From: Actinomycetota bacterium
Lineage (GTDB): Bacteria; Actinomycetota; Acidimicrobiia; Acidimicrobiales; SZUA-35
Length of the DNA: 64,000 bases
NCBI GenBank assembly: GCA_039029735.1
Contig: JBCCFL010000007.1
Location: forward strand, 96,784 to 160,783
Direction of reading: 5' to 3'
Below are positions 9,921 through 19,640 of this stretch, one piece after another. The position numbers and the translations under genes are program-made. Numbering within the stretch: the stretch's first letter is position 1; each line of letters begins with the position of its first letter. The notes under the pieces were generated by a model. That model saw only the letters and a program-made list of their open reading frames with translations, searched no databases and was not told the DNA's origin.

Positions 9921-10442
9921 TCACGTGGAGCCGAGGTTCCGCTCGATGATGGTGGGCACCAGGTGGTCGAGGCGCTCGTCGAGAGCAGGGTTGGCTGCGC
10001 CGATCAGTCGCCGCAGGAGCGAGGTGAGCGTGGCCAGCTCCGCCGCCGACAGCGGCGCAACCAACAGCTCGCGCACATGGGCGACGTGGAGCGGGGCCGC
10101 GTCGGTGATTGCCTCCAGGCCGGCATCGGTGAGCCACACGGTGTTGTGGCGGCGCCCCCCTGACCCGGCGCGGCGTTCCACCCAGCCCCGGCGCTCCAGA
10201 CGGGTGACCGCGTGTGACAGCCGGGACAACGAACCGAACGCCACCTGAGCCAGGTCGCTCATGACCAGCGTGCGATCGACCTGCTCGGACAGCATGGCCA
10301 GCACGCTGTATTCGAAGAGGTTGACGCCAACGTCGCGCTTGAGCTGGCCCTCCACCGACGATGGCATCACCTCGAGGAATGCCATCAGCGTGACCCAGGC
10401 CCGCAGTTGTTCGTCGTCGAGCCAGGCGTCGTCGGTCACCAC
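9921..10442 (-). CDS. MarR family transcriptional regulator
   Basis: Winged-helix region LFEYSVLAMLSEQVDRTLVMSDLAQVAFGSLSRLSHAVTRLERRGWVER. Divergent from the dioxygenase gene. Confidence 0.85.
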   Translation of the reverse strand: MVTDDAWLDDEQLRAWVTLMAFLEVMPSSVEGQLKRDVGVNLFEYSVLAMLSEQVDRTLVMSDLAQVAFGSLSRLSHAVTRLERRGWVERRAGSGGRRHNTVWLTDAGLEAITDAAPLHVAHVRELLVAPLSAAELATLTSLLRRLIGAANPALDERLDHLVPTIIERNLGST

Positions 10443-10473
10443 GAGCCCAGTCTACGTGCGGGGGTTGTCTGAC

Positions 10474-10511
10474 TTGATCATTCAATCTATTCTGAGTTGA
10501 ACACTCAACTC
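10474..10511. promoter_or_regulatory. Candidate MarR operator: two TTGA-N4-TCAA palindromes 23 bp apart
   Basis: TTGATCATTCAA (10474-10485) and GAGTTGAACACTCAACTC (10494-10511) lie in an AT-rich divergent intergenic region. Confidence 0.5.
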
Positions 10512-10550
10512 AATTCCACACCTGTGGCCCGCCCGGCCGAGGAGCCGATC

Positions 10551-11366
10551 ATGAGCACCACCCTTCCCACCTTCGCCATCTCCCACGGGGGTGGCCCCTG
10601 GCCCTGGATCAAAGACCTGATGCCTGTCGACTGGTCCCCGCTCGAAGCCGCCCTCGCCGGCATCCCGGCCGAGGTGGGCGCCACCCCGAAGGCCGTGCTC
10701 GTGGTGACCGCCCACTGGGAGGCATCGGCCTTCGCCCTGCAGACCAACGCCGAGCCGCCGATGCTCTACGACTACACCGGCTTCCCGCCCGAGACCTACC
10801 AGCTCGAGTACCCGGCGCCGGGCGCACCCGAGGTGGCCGAGCGGACGGTCGAGCTGCTCGCCGATGCCGGCCTCCCCACCGATGTCGACCCCGACCGGGG
10901 CTTCGACCACGGCACGTTCGTTCCGCTCTACGTGATGTACCCCGAGGCCGACGTGCCGGTGGTGCAGATGTCGATCCATCGCGGCTTCGACCCCGAGCTG
11001 CATCTCGCCGCCGGACGGGCCCTCGCTCCCCTCCGCGAGGAGGGAATCCTCATCGTCGGCAGTGGTCTGCCGAGCTACCACAACCTGTCGCGGCTGGTGC
11101 AGGGATCAGAGGAACCGTCTCGGCGCTTCGACGAGTGGCTGTCGGCCGCAATGACCGACATCGGCCCGGCCCGATCGGAGCAATTGGCCGAGTGGGCGTC
11201 GGCCCAGAGCGCCCGCGATGCCCATCCCCGCGAGGACCATTTCCTTCCGCTGCTCGTTGCCGTTGGCGCCGCCGAGAACGACGTCGCCGTGCGCAACTAT
11301 CACGAAGTCGGCATGTTCGGGAACACCACGTCATCGGGATTCCGGCTCGGTGCAGCGGCTGCCTGA
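10551..11366 (+). CDS. Class III extradiol ring-cleavage dioxygenase (LigB/YgiD, 4,5-DOPA dioxygenase-like)
   Basis: LPTFAISHGGGPWPW, VVTAHWE, YDYTGFPPETYQLEYPAPG, DHGTFVPL motifs. GAGGAG Shine-Dalgarno before ATG 10551 (ORF opens at 10497). Confidence 0.8.
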   Translation: MSTTLPTFAISHGGGPWPWIKDLMPVDWSPLEAALAGIPAEVGATPKAVLVVTAHWEASAFALQTNAEPPMLYDYTGFPPETYQLEYPAPGAPEVAERTVELLADAGLPTDVDPDRGFDHGTFVPLYVMYPEADVPVVQMSIHRGFDPELHLAAGRALAPLREEGILIVGSGLPSYHNLSRLVQGSEEPSRRFDEWLSAAMTDIGPARSEQLAEWASAQSARDAHPREDHFLPLLVAVGAAENDVAVRNYHEVGMFGNTTSSGFRLGAAAA

Positions 11367-11564
11367 TTCGCGTCGACGAAGGTCCGAGCGAAGGCCATTG
11401 CTGCACTCGCAACCCGATTCAGCGTTATGCAAACCGTTGCATTGGCAAGCGTCGCGACCGGTGCCGATTGATCCACCGATGAGGCACCGATCAGCCAGCC
11501 ATCATCCGCTTACTGGTCCGAACGGATTAACCCCTGTGTAACCGGGGCGATGTAGCGTCGCCCC

Positions 11565-12422
11565 ATGCCCCGCCCCCGCATCCTGGTCACCAACGACGAC
11601 GGCATCGACTCGGTGGGCTTGCATGTTCTGGCCCGCGCACTCACTGATCTGGGCGACGTGACGGTGGTGGCGCCGGATCAGGAGTTCTCCGGAGCCGGAG
11701 CCGCGATCGGTGCGCTCCACGTCATGCAGCCCGAGGTCCACGTCGCCGCCATCGACGGAATCGAATCCGCATGGGCCGTGAGCGGCCCTCCTGCGCTGTG
11801 TGTGATGTTTGCCCGCCTCGGCGCGTTCGGGATCAACCCCGACCTGATCGTGTCGGGAATCAACCCCGGTGCGAACGTCGGCCGATCCGTCTATCACTCC
11901 GGCACCGTTGGTGCGGTGCTCACAGGCCGCAACGGCCGCATTCCCGGCATCGCCGTGTCGCAGTCGGTCACCGACTTCGGCGTGGAAGGCCAGGGCTACG
12001 ACGAGATGCTGGCCGGCCAGGAATGGGAATCGGCCGCGACCATCGCCGTGTCGGCCGCCCAGTCCCTCTTGGCCGACCCTCCCCCCGACTTCGGCGTGCT
12101 GAACATCAACGTGCCGAACCTGCCGGTCGCAGAAATGAAGGGATGGCGGTGGACCGAGGTGGGCGAGGGCCCGCCACGCGCGATGTCCAAGGCCGTGCTG
12201 GAACCGAAGCTCGGGCACCAGGGCAGCTACCGCGTGAAGCTCGAGTGGGGCGATGAACTCGAACTGCCGCCCCACACCGACACCGGCACCGTGATGGACG
12301 ATCGGATCTCGCTCACCTGGCTGAGCCGGATCACGGCGATGGACTTCAACACCCCGGCGGTCGACACCGCAATGAACCGGATGCTCGCCCACGATCTCGC
12401 CGGGTCGCCCACCGGCGCCTGA
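11565..12422 (+). CDS. surE: 5'/3'-nucleotidase SurE
   Basis: N-terminal RILVTNDDGIDSVGL and INPGANVGRSVYHSGTVGA motifs. Confidence 0.85.
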   Translation: MPRPRILVTNDDGIDSVGLHVLARALTDLGDVTVVAPDQEFSGAGAAIGALHVMQPEVHVAAIDGIESAWAVSGPPALCVMFARLGAFGINPDLIVSGINPGANVGRSVYHSGTVGAVLTGRNGRIPGIAVSQSVTDFGVEGQGYDEMLAGQEWESAATIAVSAAQSLLADPPPDFGVLNINVPNLPVAEMKGWRWTEVGEGPPRAMSKAVLEPKLGHQGSYRVKLEWGDELELPPHTDTGTVMDDRISLTWLSRITAMDFNTPAVDTAMNRMLAHDLAGSPTGA

Positions 12423-12496
12423 CCGGCTCCACCGGCCGTGCGCCGCGAATCGGGCAGCGCCATGAGCAGGGGGGTATAGTCGCAGTCGCGGCTTTA

Positions 12497-12705
12497 TGCC
12501 TCATGGGAGAGAGGTCGATCCTCGGGTCGGCCCGCCGAAGGAGCAACCGACCCCGGAATCTCTCAGGCACCCCGGACCATGTGGACTGAGCCGTTCTGGA
12601 GAGTGTCGGTACCTCGCCCCAACGAGGTGATCGACCACCGAAGGGGATGTCACACCGAACGGCGTGGCGAATCTCTCAGGTACCCATGACAGAGGGGTCG
12701 TCACA
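12497..12705 (+). promoter_or_regulatory. Tandem glycine riboswitch (two aptamers) upstream of gcvT
   Basis: Aptamer 1: GGGAGAGAGG..CCGCCGAAGGAGCAAC..CTCTCAGGCA..GGAC. Aptamer 2: CTGGAGAGTG..CACCGAAGGGGA..AATCTCTCAGGTA..GACAGAGG. It lies directly 5' of the glycine cleavage genes. Confidence 0.85.
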
Positions 12706-12734
12706 GTCCGGCGCGGACGAAGGACACCTGCCTC

Positions 12735-13871
12735 ATGGACAACGCCCAACTACGGCGCACGCCCCTGCACGATCTTCACATCGAGCATGGCGGACGCCTC
12801 ACGCCCTTTGCCGGCTGGGAACTCCCCACCCGCTACGACGAGGTGACCACCGAACATCGATGGTGTCGCAGTTCTGCGGCGCTGTTCGACGTGAGCCATA
12901 TGGCCGTGGTCACCCTCACCCCCGCCGGCTCGGCTGATCTCGACGCCGTGATCCACGCCGTTGAGGCGCTCACGCCGGCGTCGATCGCCACGCTGGCGCC
13001 AGGCAAGCAGCGCTACTCGCTGCTCACCAACGCCGACGGTGGCGTGATCGACGACCTGATCGTCACCCGCCTCGACGACCATCTGATGATCGTTGCGAAC
13101 GCCGGCCGTCGCGATGTGGACCTCGCCCATCTACGTGAGCATCTCGACCCGTCAGTGGTCACCGTGACCGAGCACGACGATCGGGCGCTTCTGGCCCTCC
13201 AGGGCCCGAAGGCGGTCGACGCCTTGGCCCGCATCGCCCCGGACGCCGCCGATCTCACGTTCTTGTCCTTCGCCCCGCTGACGGTCACCGCTGGTGGCAC
13301 CTCGGGCGTGGTCGGCTGCTCACGCTCCGGCTACACCGGCGAGGACGGATTCGAGCTCGTGGTATCGGCCGAGGCCGCGGTCGATGTGGCTCGGGCCCTG
13401 CTCGATCAACCCGAGGTGCGACTCGCAGGCCTGGGAGCGCGCGACACCCTCCGGCTCGAAGCCGGCCTCCATCTCTACGGGCAGGATCTCGACGAGACCA
13501 CGAGCCCGGTAGAGGCTGGCCTCACCTGGACGGTGCCGAAGCGTCGCCGCGAAGACGCCCGGTTCCCCGGAGCCAAGCGGATCCTGGCCGAACTCGCGGA
13601 CGGGCCCACCCGAATCCGGGTAGGACTGCGGCCCGACGGGCGCCGCCCCGTGCGCGACGGATCGGCCCTGGCCACCCCCGACGGCCAACCGATCGGCGTT
13701 GTCACGAGCGGCGGCTTCGGCCCCACCGTGGATGCCCCAATCGCCATGGGCTTCGTCGACCCCTCGGTTGCCGCCGCCGACACGCCGCTCGTGGCCGATG
13801 TCCGTGGCCGCGACGCCGCCGTCACTGTTTCCGATCTGCCCTTCGTCCCCCACCGCTACCACCGAGGTTGA
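12735..13871 (+). CDS. gcvT: Glycine cleavage system aminomethyltransferase (T protein)
   Basis: [46 protein letters not shown] motifs. Confidence 0.9.
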   Translation: MDNAQLRRTPLHDLHIEHGGRLTPFAGWELPTRYDEVTTEHRWCRSSAALFDVSHMAVVTLTPAGSADLDAVIHAVEALTPASIATLAPGKQRYSLLTNADGGVIDDLIVTRLDDHLMIVANAGRRDVDLAHLREHLDPSVVTVTEHDDRALLALQGPKAVDALARIAPDAADLTFLSFAPLTVTAGGTSGVVGCSRSGYTGEDGFELVVSAEAAVDVARALLDQPEVRLAGLGARDTLRLEAGLHLYGQDLDETTSPVEAGLTWTVPKRRREDARFPGAKRILAELADGPTRIRVGLRPDGRRPVRDGSALATPDGQPIGVVTSGGFGPTVDAPIAMGFVDPSVAAADTPLVADVRGRDAAVTVSDLPFVPHRYHRG

Positions 13872-16717
13872 TTCCGATGACTGACGCCTTCGCCCCCCGC
13901 CACATCGGCCTCCGCCCCGACGAGGAAGGCAAGATCCTCGCCGACCTCGGCTACGCCACCAGCCGTGATCTCCTGCGCCGGGCTGTTCCCGAGTCGATCC
14001 ACCTCGAGGACCTTGACCTCCCGCCGGCGCTCACCGAGGCCGAGGCGCTGACCGAGCTCCGCCGCCTCGCCGACCAGAACGCCGTGGCCACCTCTCTCAT
14101 CGGCATGGGTTGGTACGGCACGATCACCCCGGCGGTGCTCCGCCGCAACATGCTGGAGAACCCGGCCTGGTACACCGCCTACACGCCATACCAGCCCGAG
14201 ATCAGCCAGGGCCGGCTCGAGATGCTGCTCACGTTCCAGACGATGGTGGCCGACCTCACCGGATGCGAGATGGCCAACGCATCGATGCTGGACGAGGCCA
14301 CCGCGGCGGCAGAGGCCATGACGATGCTGCGCCGGCTGTCGAAAACGGGCCGGGACGCGTTTTTCGTGGACGAGGCCTGTCACCCCCAGACGATTGCCGT
14401 CGTGGCCACCCGGGCCGAGCCGCTCGGCATCGAGCTGACCATCGGCGACCCCTCCACCGACCTCGACCCTGAGGCCGTGTACGGCGCGCTGGTGGCCCAC
14501 GTTCGCACCACCGGTGAGGTCCGAGCTCTGGGTTCGATCATCGAGACCTGCCACGAGGGTGGTGCCCTGGTGGCCGCCACCACCGACCTGCTGGCCTGCA
14601 CGCTTGTCACCCCTCCGGGTGAGCACGGGGCCGACGTGGTGGTTGGATCGGCCCAGCGCTTCGGTGTACCGATGGGCTTCGGCGGCCCCCACGCCGGCTT
14701 CATGGCCACGTCATCGGCCCGCGCCCGGGCGCTGCCCGGCCGCCTCGTCGGCGTGTCGGTCGACGCCGAGGGGCGCACGGCCTACCGCCTCGCACTGCAG
14801 ACCCGGGAGCAACACATCCGACGGGAGAAGGCCACGTCGAACATCTGCACCGCCCAGGTGCTGTTGGCCAACGTGTCGGCCGCCTACGCCGCCTGGCACG
14901 GCCCGGAGGGCCTGACTGCGATCGCCCAGCGAGTGCATGGACTGGCGGCGGCGTTCGCGGGTGGTGTGGCCTCACTCGGGCTGGAGGCATCGGCCGGGTT
15001 CTTCGACACCGTGACCGTCACCGCTCCCGGTCGGGCGGCGGAACTCGTGGCTGCCACTGAGCAGGCCGGATTGAACCTGCGGCTCGTCGATAACGACCGG
15101 CTGTCGGCCGCCTTCGACGAGACCTCCACCCCGGCAACCGTGGCGGCGGCGCTTTCGGCCCTCGGGGCCTCGGTCGACGTGGCCAACGTGGTGGGTTCGG
15201 TCGAGACGCCAGGCGCGCCTGTCGTCGACGGTGAGGAACGCACCTCCACCTTCCTCACCCACCCGAACTTCCATCGCTACCGCACCGAGCACGAGATGCT
15301 GCGCTGGCTGCGTCGCCTGTCCGACATGGACCTCGCCCTCGATCGCACGATGATCCCGCTCGGCAGCTGCACGATGAAGCTCAATGCTGCGGCCGAGATG
15401 GAGCCCATCTCGTGGCCGGCGTGGGCCAACATGCATCCGTTCGCCCCGGTGGCCCAGACCGCCGGCTACGGCGAGCTGATCGGCCAGCTCGAGGCGATGC
15501 TGGCCGACATCACCGGCTACGCCAAGGTGTCGATCCAGCCGAATGCGGGAAGCCAAGGCGAGTACGCCGGGCTGCTCGCCATCCGAGGCTGGCACCGGTC
15601 GCGAGGCGAGGGCCACCGCAATGTGTGCCTGATCCCGTCGTCGGCCCACGGCACCAACGCTGCGTCGGCCGTGCTCGCCGGGATGCGGGTGGTGGTGGTG
15701 GCTTGCGACGACGGCGGCAACATCGACGTGGACGACCTGCGGGCCAAGCTCGACACCCACCAGGCCGACGTGGCTGCGCTGATGATCACCTACCCGTCCA
15801 CCCACGGCGTGTACGAGGAGACGGTGGCCGAGGTGTGCGCCGCGGTGCACGAGGCTGGTGGTCAGGTATACACCGACGGCGCCAACCTCAACGCCTTGGT
15901 CGGCGTGGCCAAGCCGGGCCAGTTCGGCTCCGACGTGAGCCATCTCAATCTGCACAAGACCTTCTGCATCCCTCATGGTGGTGGCGGCCCCGGCGTGGGT
16001 CCGATCGGTGTGGCCGAGCACCTCGTTCCGTTCCTGCCGGGCCATCCGGTGGTGCCGGTGGAGGGCGCCGACCAGACCGGCCCGGTGTCAGCGGCGCCGT
16101 ATGGCTCCGCCGGCATCCTGCCGATCTCGTGGATGTACGTGCGGATGATGGGCCCCGATGGTCTCAGCCGAGCCACCGAGACGGCAGTGCTCGCCGCCAA
16201 CTACATCGCCCATCGCCTCACCGGTCACTACCCCGTGCTCTACCAGGGGCGTGACGGCCTCGTGGCGCATGAGTGCATCATCGACATCCGGCCCCTCGAA
16301 GCCGAGACCGGCATCGGCAACGACGACGTGGCGAAGCGCCTCGCCGACTACGGCTTCCACGCCCCCACGATGTCGTTCCCGGTGGCCGGCACGCTCATGA
16401 TCGAGCCGACCGAGTCGGAGAGCCTGGCCGAACTCGACCGGTTCTGCGATGCGATGATCGCCATCCGGGCCGAGATCGAGCAGGTGGCGCGGGGCGAGGT
16501 GACCGCCGAGGAGTCGGTGGTCCGCCAGGCCCCGCACACCGCGGCTGCGCTCATGGCCGACGACTGGAACCGGCCCTACAGCCGCCGCACTGCGGCATTC
16601 CCGCTGGAGGGCATGGACGCGTCGAAGTACTTCCCACCCGTCGCTCGGGTCGACAACGCCTACGGCGACCGCAATCTGTCGTGCTCGTGCCCTCCGCTGG
16701 AGGCCTACGAGAGCTGA
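13868..16717 (+). CDS. gcvP: Glycine dehydrogenase (decarboxylating), single-chain P protein
   Basis: 949 aa. PLP-Lys region [19 protein letters not shown]. Overlaps the gcvT stop. Real start may be ATG 13877 (MTDAFAPRH). Confidence 0.9.
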   Translation: MIPMTDAFAPRHIGLRPDEEGKILADLGYATSRDLLRRAVPESIHLEDLDLPPALTEAEALTELRRLADQNAVATSLIGMGWYGTITPAVLRRNMLENPAWYTAYTPYQPEISQGRLEMLLTFQTMVADLTGCEMANASMLDEATAAAEAMTMLRRLSKTGRDAFFVDEACHPQTIAVVATRAEPLGIELTIGDPSTDLDPEAVYGALVAHVRTTGEVRALGSIIETCHEGGALVAATTDLLACTLVTPPGEHGADVVVGSAQRFGVPMGFGGPHAGFMATSSARARALPGRLVGVSVDAEGRTAYRLALQTREQHIRREKATSNICTAQVLLANVSAAYAAWHGPEGLTAIAQRVHGLAAAFAGGVASLGLEASAGFFDTVTVTAPGRAAELVAATEQAGLNLRLVDNDRLSAAFDETSTPATVAAALSALGASVDVANVVGSVETPGAPVVDGEERTSTFLTHPNFHRYRTEHEMLRWLRRLSDMDLALDRTMIPLGSCTMKLNAAAEMEPISWPAWANMHPFAPVAQTAGYGELIGQLEAMLADITGYAKVSIQPNAGSQGEYAGLLAIRGWHRSRGEGHRNVCLIPSSAHGTNAASAVLAGMRVVVVACDDGGNIDVDDLRAKLDTHQADVAALMITYPSTHGVYEETVAEVCAAVHEAGGQVYTDGANLNALVGVAKPGQFGSDVSHLNLHKTFCIPHGGGGPGVGPIGVAEHLVPFLPGHPVVPVEGADQTGPVSAAPYGSAGILPISWMYVRMMGPDGLSRATETAVLAANYIAHRLTGHYPVLYQGRDGLVAHECIIDIRPLEAETGIGNDDVAKRLADYGFHAPTMSFPVAGTLMIEPTESESLAELDRFCDAMIAIRAEIEQVARGEVTAEESVVRQAPHTAAALMADDWNRPYSRRTAAFPLEGMDASKYFPPVARVDNAYGDRNLSCSCPPLEAYES

Positions 16718-16722
16718 TCGGA

Positions 16723-16746
16723 GTCGGTCGGCGTCAGCCGACCGAC
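16723..16746. terminator. Hairpin between convergent gcvP and the DUF3499 gene
   Basis: GTCGGTCGGC-gtca-GCCGACCGAC, a 10-bp perfect stem. It includes the DUF3499 stop codon. No clear U-tract. Confidence 0.4.
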
Positions 16747-17426
16747 GATCGGAACGCCCGGGAGAGGAGCGGGCTCTTGGCCTTCAGCTCCTTCGGACCT
16801 TCCTCGCCCTCGTCGTAGGAGTACCAGGCGAACTGCTCCTGCTCGGGCTCGAACTCCTCGGGCGGATCCTCGTCCTCGGAAGCCTCACGCCGCTTGGACG
16901 GCCGCGATTCGGGAGCGTCGGCCTCGACGCTCGTCCGGCGGCGAGCCCTCGTGCGAGGTCGTGGCTCCAGATCGACTGCACCAACGTCGCCTTCGTGGGC
17001 ATCGACCTCATCGTCGACGGCGGCCGAAGCGCTGACCGGCATCTCCCGCACCTCGCGCGACACCGGGAAGCTCAGTTTCGTGCCGTCGCCGTTACTCGTC
17101 TCGTCGGCGCCACTGCCTTCGTGGTCACTGTCCACGTCGTCGACAGCCTCGGCCGGGGGCATCTCGGGCCGCGTCCGAGCCGGGCGGGGCTCCTCGTCGA
17201 CGGCTGGTACTGCGCTGAGGGTGCGGTTCTGGTTCCGCAGGTCGTTCATCGCCCAGCCCATTGGCGGCGTGGTTGCGTCAGCGTGGAACGGGCACAAGGG
17301 CACCCCGTCGCGGCTGACCCGGGGGTCGACCAACGAGATCGTGGCGGACGGCGCGTCGATCTGGAGTGTCGCTGACGATTCGCGACCACATCCGGGACGG
17401 CCACACAAGAAAACCACTATTGGCAA
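16734..17426 (-). CDS. DUF3499-like actinobacterial protein with acidic disordered C-terminus
   Basis: N-terminus CGRPGCGRESSATL..ISLVDPRVSRDGVPLCPFHA..PMGW fits the DUF3499 pattern, followed by an Asp/Glu/Pro-rich tail. Confidence 0.65.
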   Translation of the reverse strand: MPIVVFLCGRPGCGRESSATLQIDAPSATISLVDPRVSRDGVPLCPFHADATTPPMGWAMNDLRNQNRTLSAVPAVDEEPRPARTRPEMPPAEAVDDVDSDHEGSGADETSNGDGTKLSFPVSREVREMPVSASAAVDDEVDAHEGDVGAVDLEPRPRTRARRRTSVEADAPESRPSKRREASEDEDPPEEFEPEQEQFAWYSYDEGEEGPKELKAKSPLLSRAFRSSVG

Positions 17427-17495
17427 CGGTAGCAGTTCCCTGCATCCGGGCTGCGGACAGCGGTGGAGGGGCGACTGTGCGTCGCGGTGGGGCCA

Positions 17496-17543
17496 CCCGA
17501 AAAAGAGAACGGGCCGCCGATCGGAGGGAGTGATCGGCGGCCC
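17496..17543 (-). terminator. Intrinsic terminator downstream of hsp20
   Basis: 12-bp perfect stem GGGCCGCCGATC/GATCGGCGGCCC with a 9-nt loop, followed on the minus strand by GTTCTCTTTTTCGGG. Confidence 0.75.
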
Positions 17544-17607
17544 GTGGGGTGTTGGTGGGGAACCTCAACGTAGCTCTCCCGACCCCGCGGATCGGGGAGC
17601 TAGGCAG

Positions 17608-18090
17608 TTATGCGGATGGGGCGTCCGCAGCAGCGGCCTGGGCGCTGTCGCCGGCCGCCTCCACCACCTCCGTTGCCTCGATCGAGGGCTCGTTCGTCCG
17701 AGCCGAGATCGAGATCTTGCGGGGCTTGGCCTTCTCGGCCACGGGGATTCGCAGCGTCAGCACGCCATCGGCGTAGTCGGCCTCGATCTGCTCGGTGTCG
17801 AGCCCGTCACCGAGGTGGACCTGGCGCTGGAAGCGGCCCTGGGTGCGGTCGGCCAGGTACACCTGGTCGCCGTCGTGGCGCTTCCACCAACGCTCGCCGG
17901 TGACGGTGAGCACGCTGCGCTCGACGGAGATGTCGAGGCTGTCGGCGGCGACGCCTGGAAGGTCGATGTGAACCCAGACGTCGGAGCCGCGTCGGTAGGC
18001 GTCCATCGGGGCCACGGCATGGGTGCCGGCTGCGCCCGAGGCGAACCGGTTCAGCACGGCGTTGAAGAAGGGATCGTTCTGCAGGAGCAC
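17608..18090 (-). CDS. Hsp20/alpha-crystallin small heat-shock protein
   Basis: Alpha-crystallin domain: MDAYRRGSDVWVHIDLPGV..SVERSVLTVTGER..ADYADGVLTLRIPV. GTG 18090 is preceded by GAGGAA. The ORF-track start at 18189 lies in the regulatory palindrome. Confidence 0.85.
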   Translation of the reverse strand: MLLQNDPFFNAVLNRFASGAAGTHAVAPMDAYRRGSDVWVHIDLPGVAADSLDISVERSVLTVTGERWWKRHDGDQVYLADRTQGRFQRQVHLGDGLDTEQIEADYADGVLTLRIPVAEKAKPRKISISARTNEPSIEATEVVEAAGDSAQAAAADAPSA

Positions 18091-18173
18091 AGGTTTCCTC
18101 GCTGGGTCGGGGATGAGGGGGCATCCCGGTTGGGCGTTGGGGGTATGCCAACGAGAGTAACGAAGAAAACCTA

Positions 18174-18191
18174 AGTTGACAATGCTCAACT
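18174..18191. promoter_or_regulatory. Candidate operator/promoter of hsp20
   Basis: Perfect palindrome AGTTGA-caatgc-TCAACT in an AT-rich patch. On the minus strand it overlaps a possible TTGTCA-N17-TACTCT promoter. Confidence 0.45.
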
Positions 18192-18201
18192 CATATTTTC
18201 T

Positions 18202-18660
18202 CTACCCGTCCCTCACCTCTTTGGCGGCGCGATGGCCCTGCACCGCCGAGACCAGGACAAACGTGACCATCAGCACCGTGCCGAGCATGATGGTGAAGGT
18301 CCACCAGGTGGCGATCGTGTCTCGACCGTCGTCGCCGAACACCGGTGCGAGCAGTGCTGGCAGCAGCGAGACGGCGCCGGTGATGACGGCAACCAGGCCG
18401 CCCCACTTGGCGAACGCCTCCCCCGCCTCGTGGCCGGCCAGCCAGGCCTCGTCGGAACTCATCGTGGCGGGCGTCCGGATGCCGGCGTAGTTGTTGCGCC
18501 CGATCCGGCCCGAGGCCGTCCTGGCCGCGATCACATACACCCCGATGCCAGCGGCGACGAGCACCGCCGCGGTGAACACGATCGACAACACCAACGCCAC
18601 CATCTGCCTGCACTCCTCCGTGGATCGGGCTGCATTCGCCGCGCTGCCCTCTCCTGCCAT
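18202..18660 (-). CDS. SdpI/YhfL-family membrane protein
   Basis: GRIGRNNYAGIRTPATMSSDEAW motif and 3-4 hydrophobic helices. Start could be the internal ATG at 18603. Confidence 0.65.
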   Translation of the reverse strand: MAGEGSAANAARSTEECRQMVALVLSIVFTAAVLVAAGIGVYVIAARTASGRIGRNNYAGIRTPATMSSDEAWLAGHEAGEAFAKWGGLVAVITGAVSLLPALLAPVFGDDGRDTIATWWTFTIMLGTVLMVTFVLVSAVQGHRAAKEVRDG

Positions 18661-18713
18661 CGTCGCACACGGTGGAGCATCAGCTTCGCTGAGGATCGGC
18701 CGATGAGGAGGGG

Positions 18714-19640
18714 GTGACCGTGATCGAGTCGGTACCGCCCATGACCCCCTATGGCGCCCGCTACGTGGCGCCCGACGGGCCGGGAGCTGCGCTGCGGGCC
18801 CGCGCCCGTGGGGCGATCCGTCGTTATGGCATGGTCACGGCGTCGAATCGTCGTCTGCCCGACTACCTGATCATCGGCACCAAACGCGGTGGCACCACGT
18901 CTCTCGCCCGCTGGCTGCTCCTTCACCCCGAGGTGCGCTCGCTGTTCCCGGCCCGCGAGACCCGCAAGGGCACGTACTACTTCGACGTGAACTACTGGCG
19001 CGGCGAGGCCTGGTACCGATCCCACTTCCCCCACAAGGCCGCTCATTGGCTGGCCGAGCAACGTGCCGGTCGCCGTCTGATCGTCGGCGAGGCCACGCCC
19101 TACTACCTCCACCACCCCCACGCTGCGATCCGGGCCCGGCGCCTCGTGCCCGACACGAAGGTGATCGCACTGCTCCGCAATCCAATGGACCGGGCCCACG
19201 GGCATTGGGCCGAGCGCACCCGCCAGGGCGTGGAGACGCTCGACTTCGACGCCGCCCTCGACGCCGAGCCCGAGCGGCTCGCCGGCGAGGAGGCCCACAT
19301 GCTGGCCGACCCGTCATACGTGAGCGTCGCGCACCAACACTTCTCGTACGTCGACCAGAGCCGCTACGCGCGGGGCCTCCAGCGGTGGATGACCGCGTTC
19401 CCGCCCCACCAGGTGTTGGTCCTGCGTAGTGAGGACCTCTACGCCGACCCCGCCACGGTGCTCGACCAGGTTCACGACTTCCTCGGGCTGCGCCGCTACA
19501 CGCCACCGGAACTGACGGGCTGGAACCGGGTGCAGAAGTCATCGCTGCGCCCCGACCAGATGGATCGGCTGCACGAGCTGCTGTCGTCCGACATCGGCGC
19601 TGTGGAGGCGCTTCTCGATCGGCCGATGCGATGGACATGA
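18714..19640 (+). CDS. Sulfotransferase family protein
   Basis: 5'-PSB loop IIGTKRGGTTSL and 3'-PB region ALLRNPMDRAHGHW. GAGGAGGGGG Shine-Dalgarno. Alternative GTG start at 18720. Confidence 0.8.
   Translation: MTVIESVPPMTPYGARYVAPDGPGAALRARARGAIRRYGMVTASNRRLPDYLIIGTKRGGTTSLARWLLLHPEVRSLFPARETRKGTYYFDVNYWRGEAWYRSHFPHKAAHWLAEQRAGRRLIVGEATPYYLHHPHAAIRARRLVPDTKVIALLRNPMDRAHGHWAERTRQGVETLDFDAALDAEPERLAGEEAHMLADPSYVSVAHQHFSYVDQSRYARGLQRWMTAFPPHQVLVLRSEDLYADPATVLDQVHDFLGLRRYTPPELTGWNRVQKSSLRPDQMDRLHELLSSDIGAVEALLDRPMRWT

Noticed and set aside
11367-11564. Lower-GC 200-bp gap before surE with small hairpins (ATGCAA-accg-TTGCAT; GGGGCGA-tgtagcg-TCGCCCC abutting the ATG), considered as an sRNA or riboswitch
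   Set aside because: It has no resemblance to any RNA family I know. The stems are short, and it is most simply the surE promoter and leader.
18174-18191. hsp20 upstream palindrome as a HAIR (HspR) or CIRCE (HrcA) element
   Set aside because: The half-sites AGTTGA/TCAACT and the 6-nt spacer do not match CTTGAGT-N7-ACTCAAG or TTAGCACTC-N9-GAGTGCTAA as I recall them. It is kept only as a generic operator candidate.
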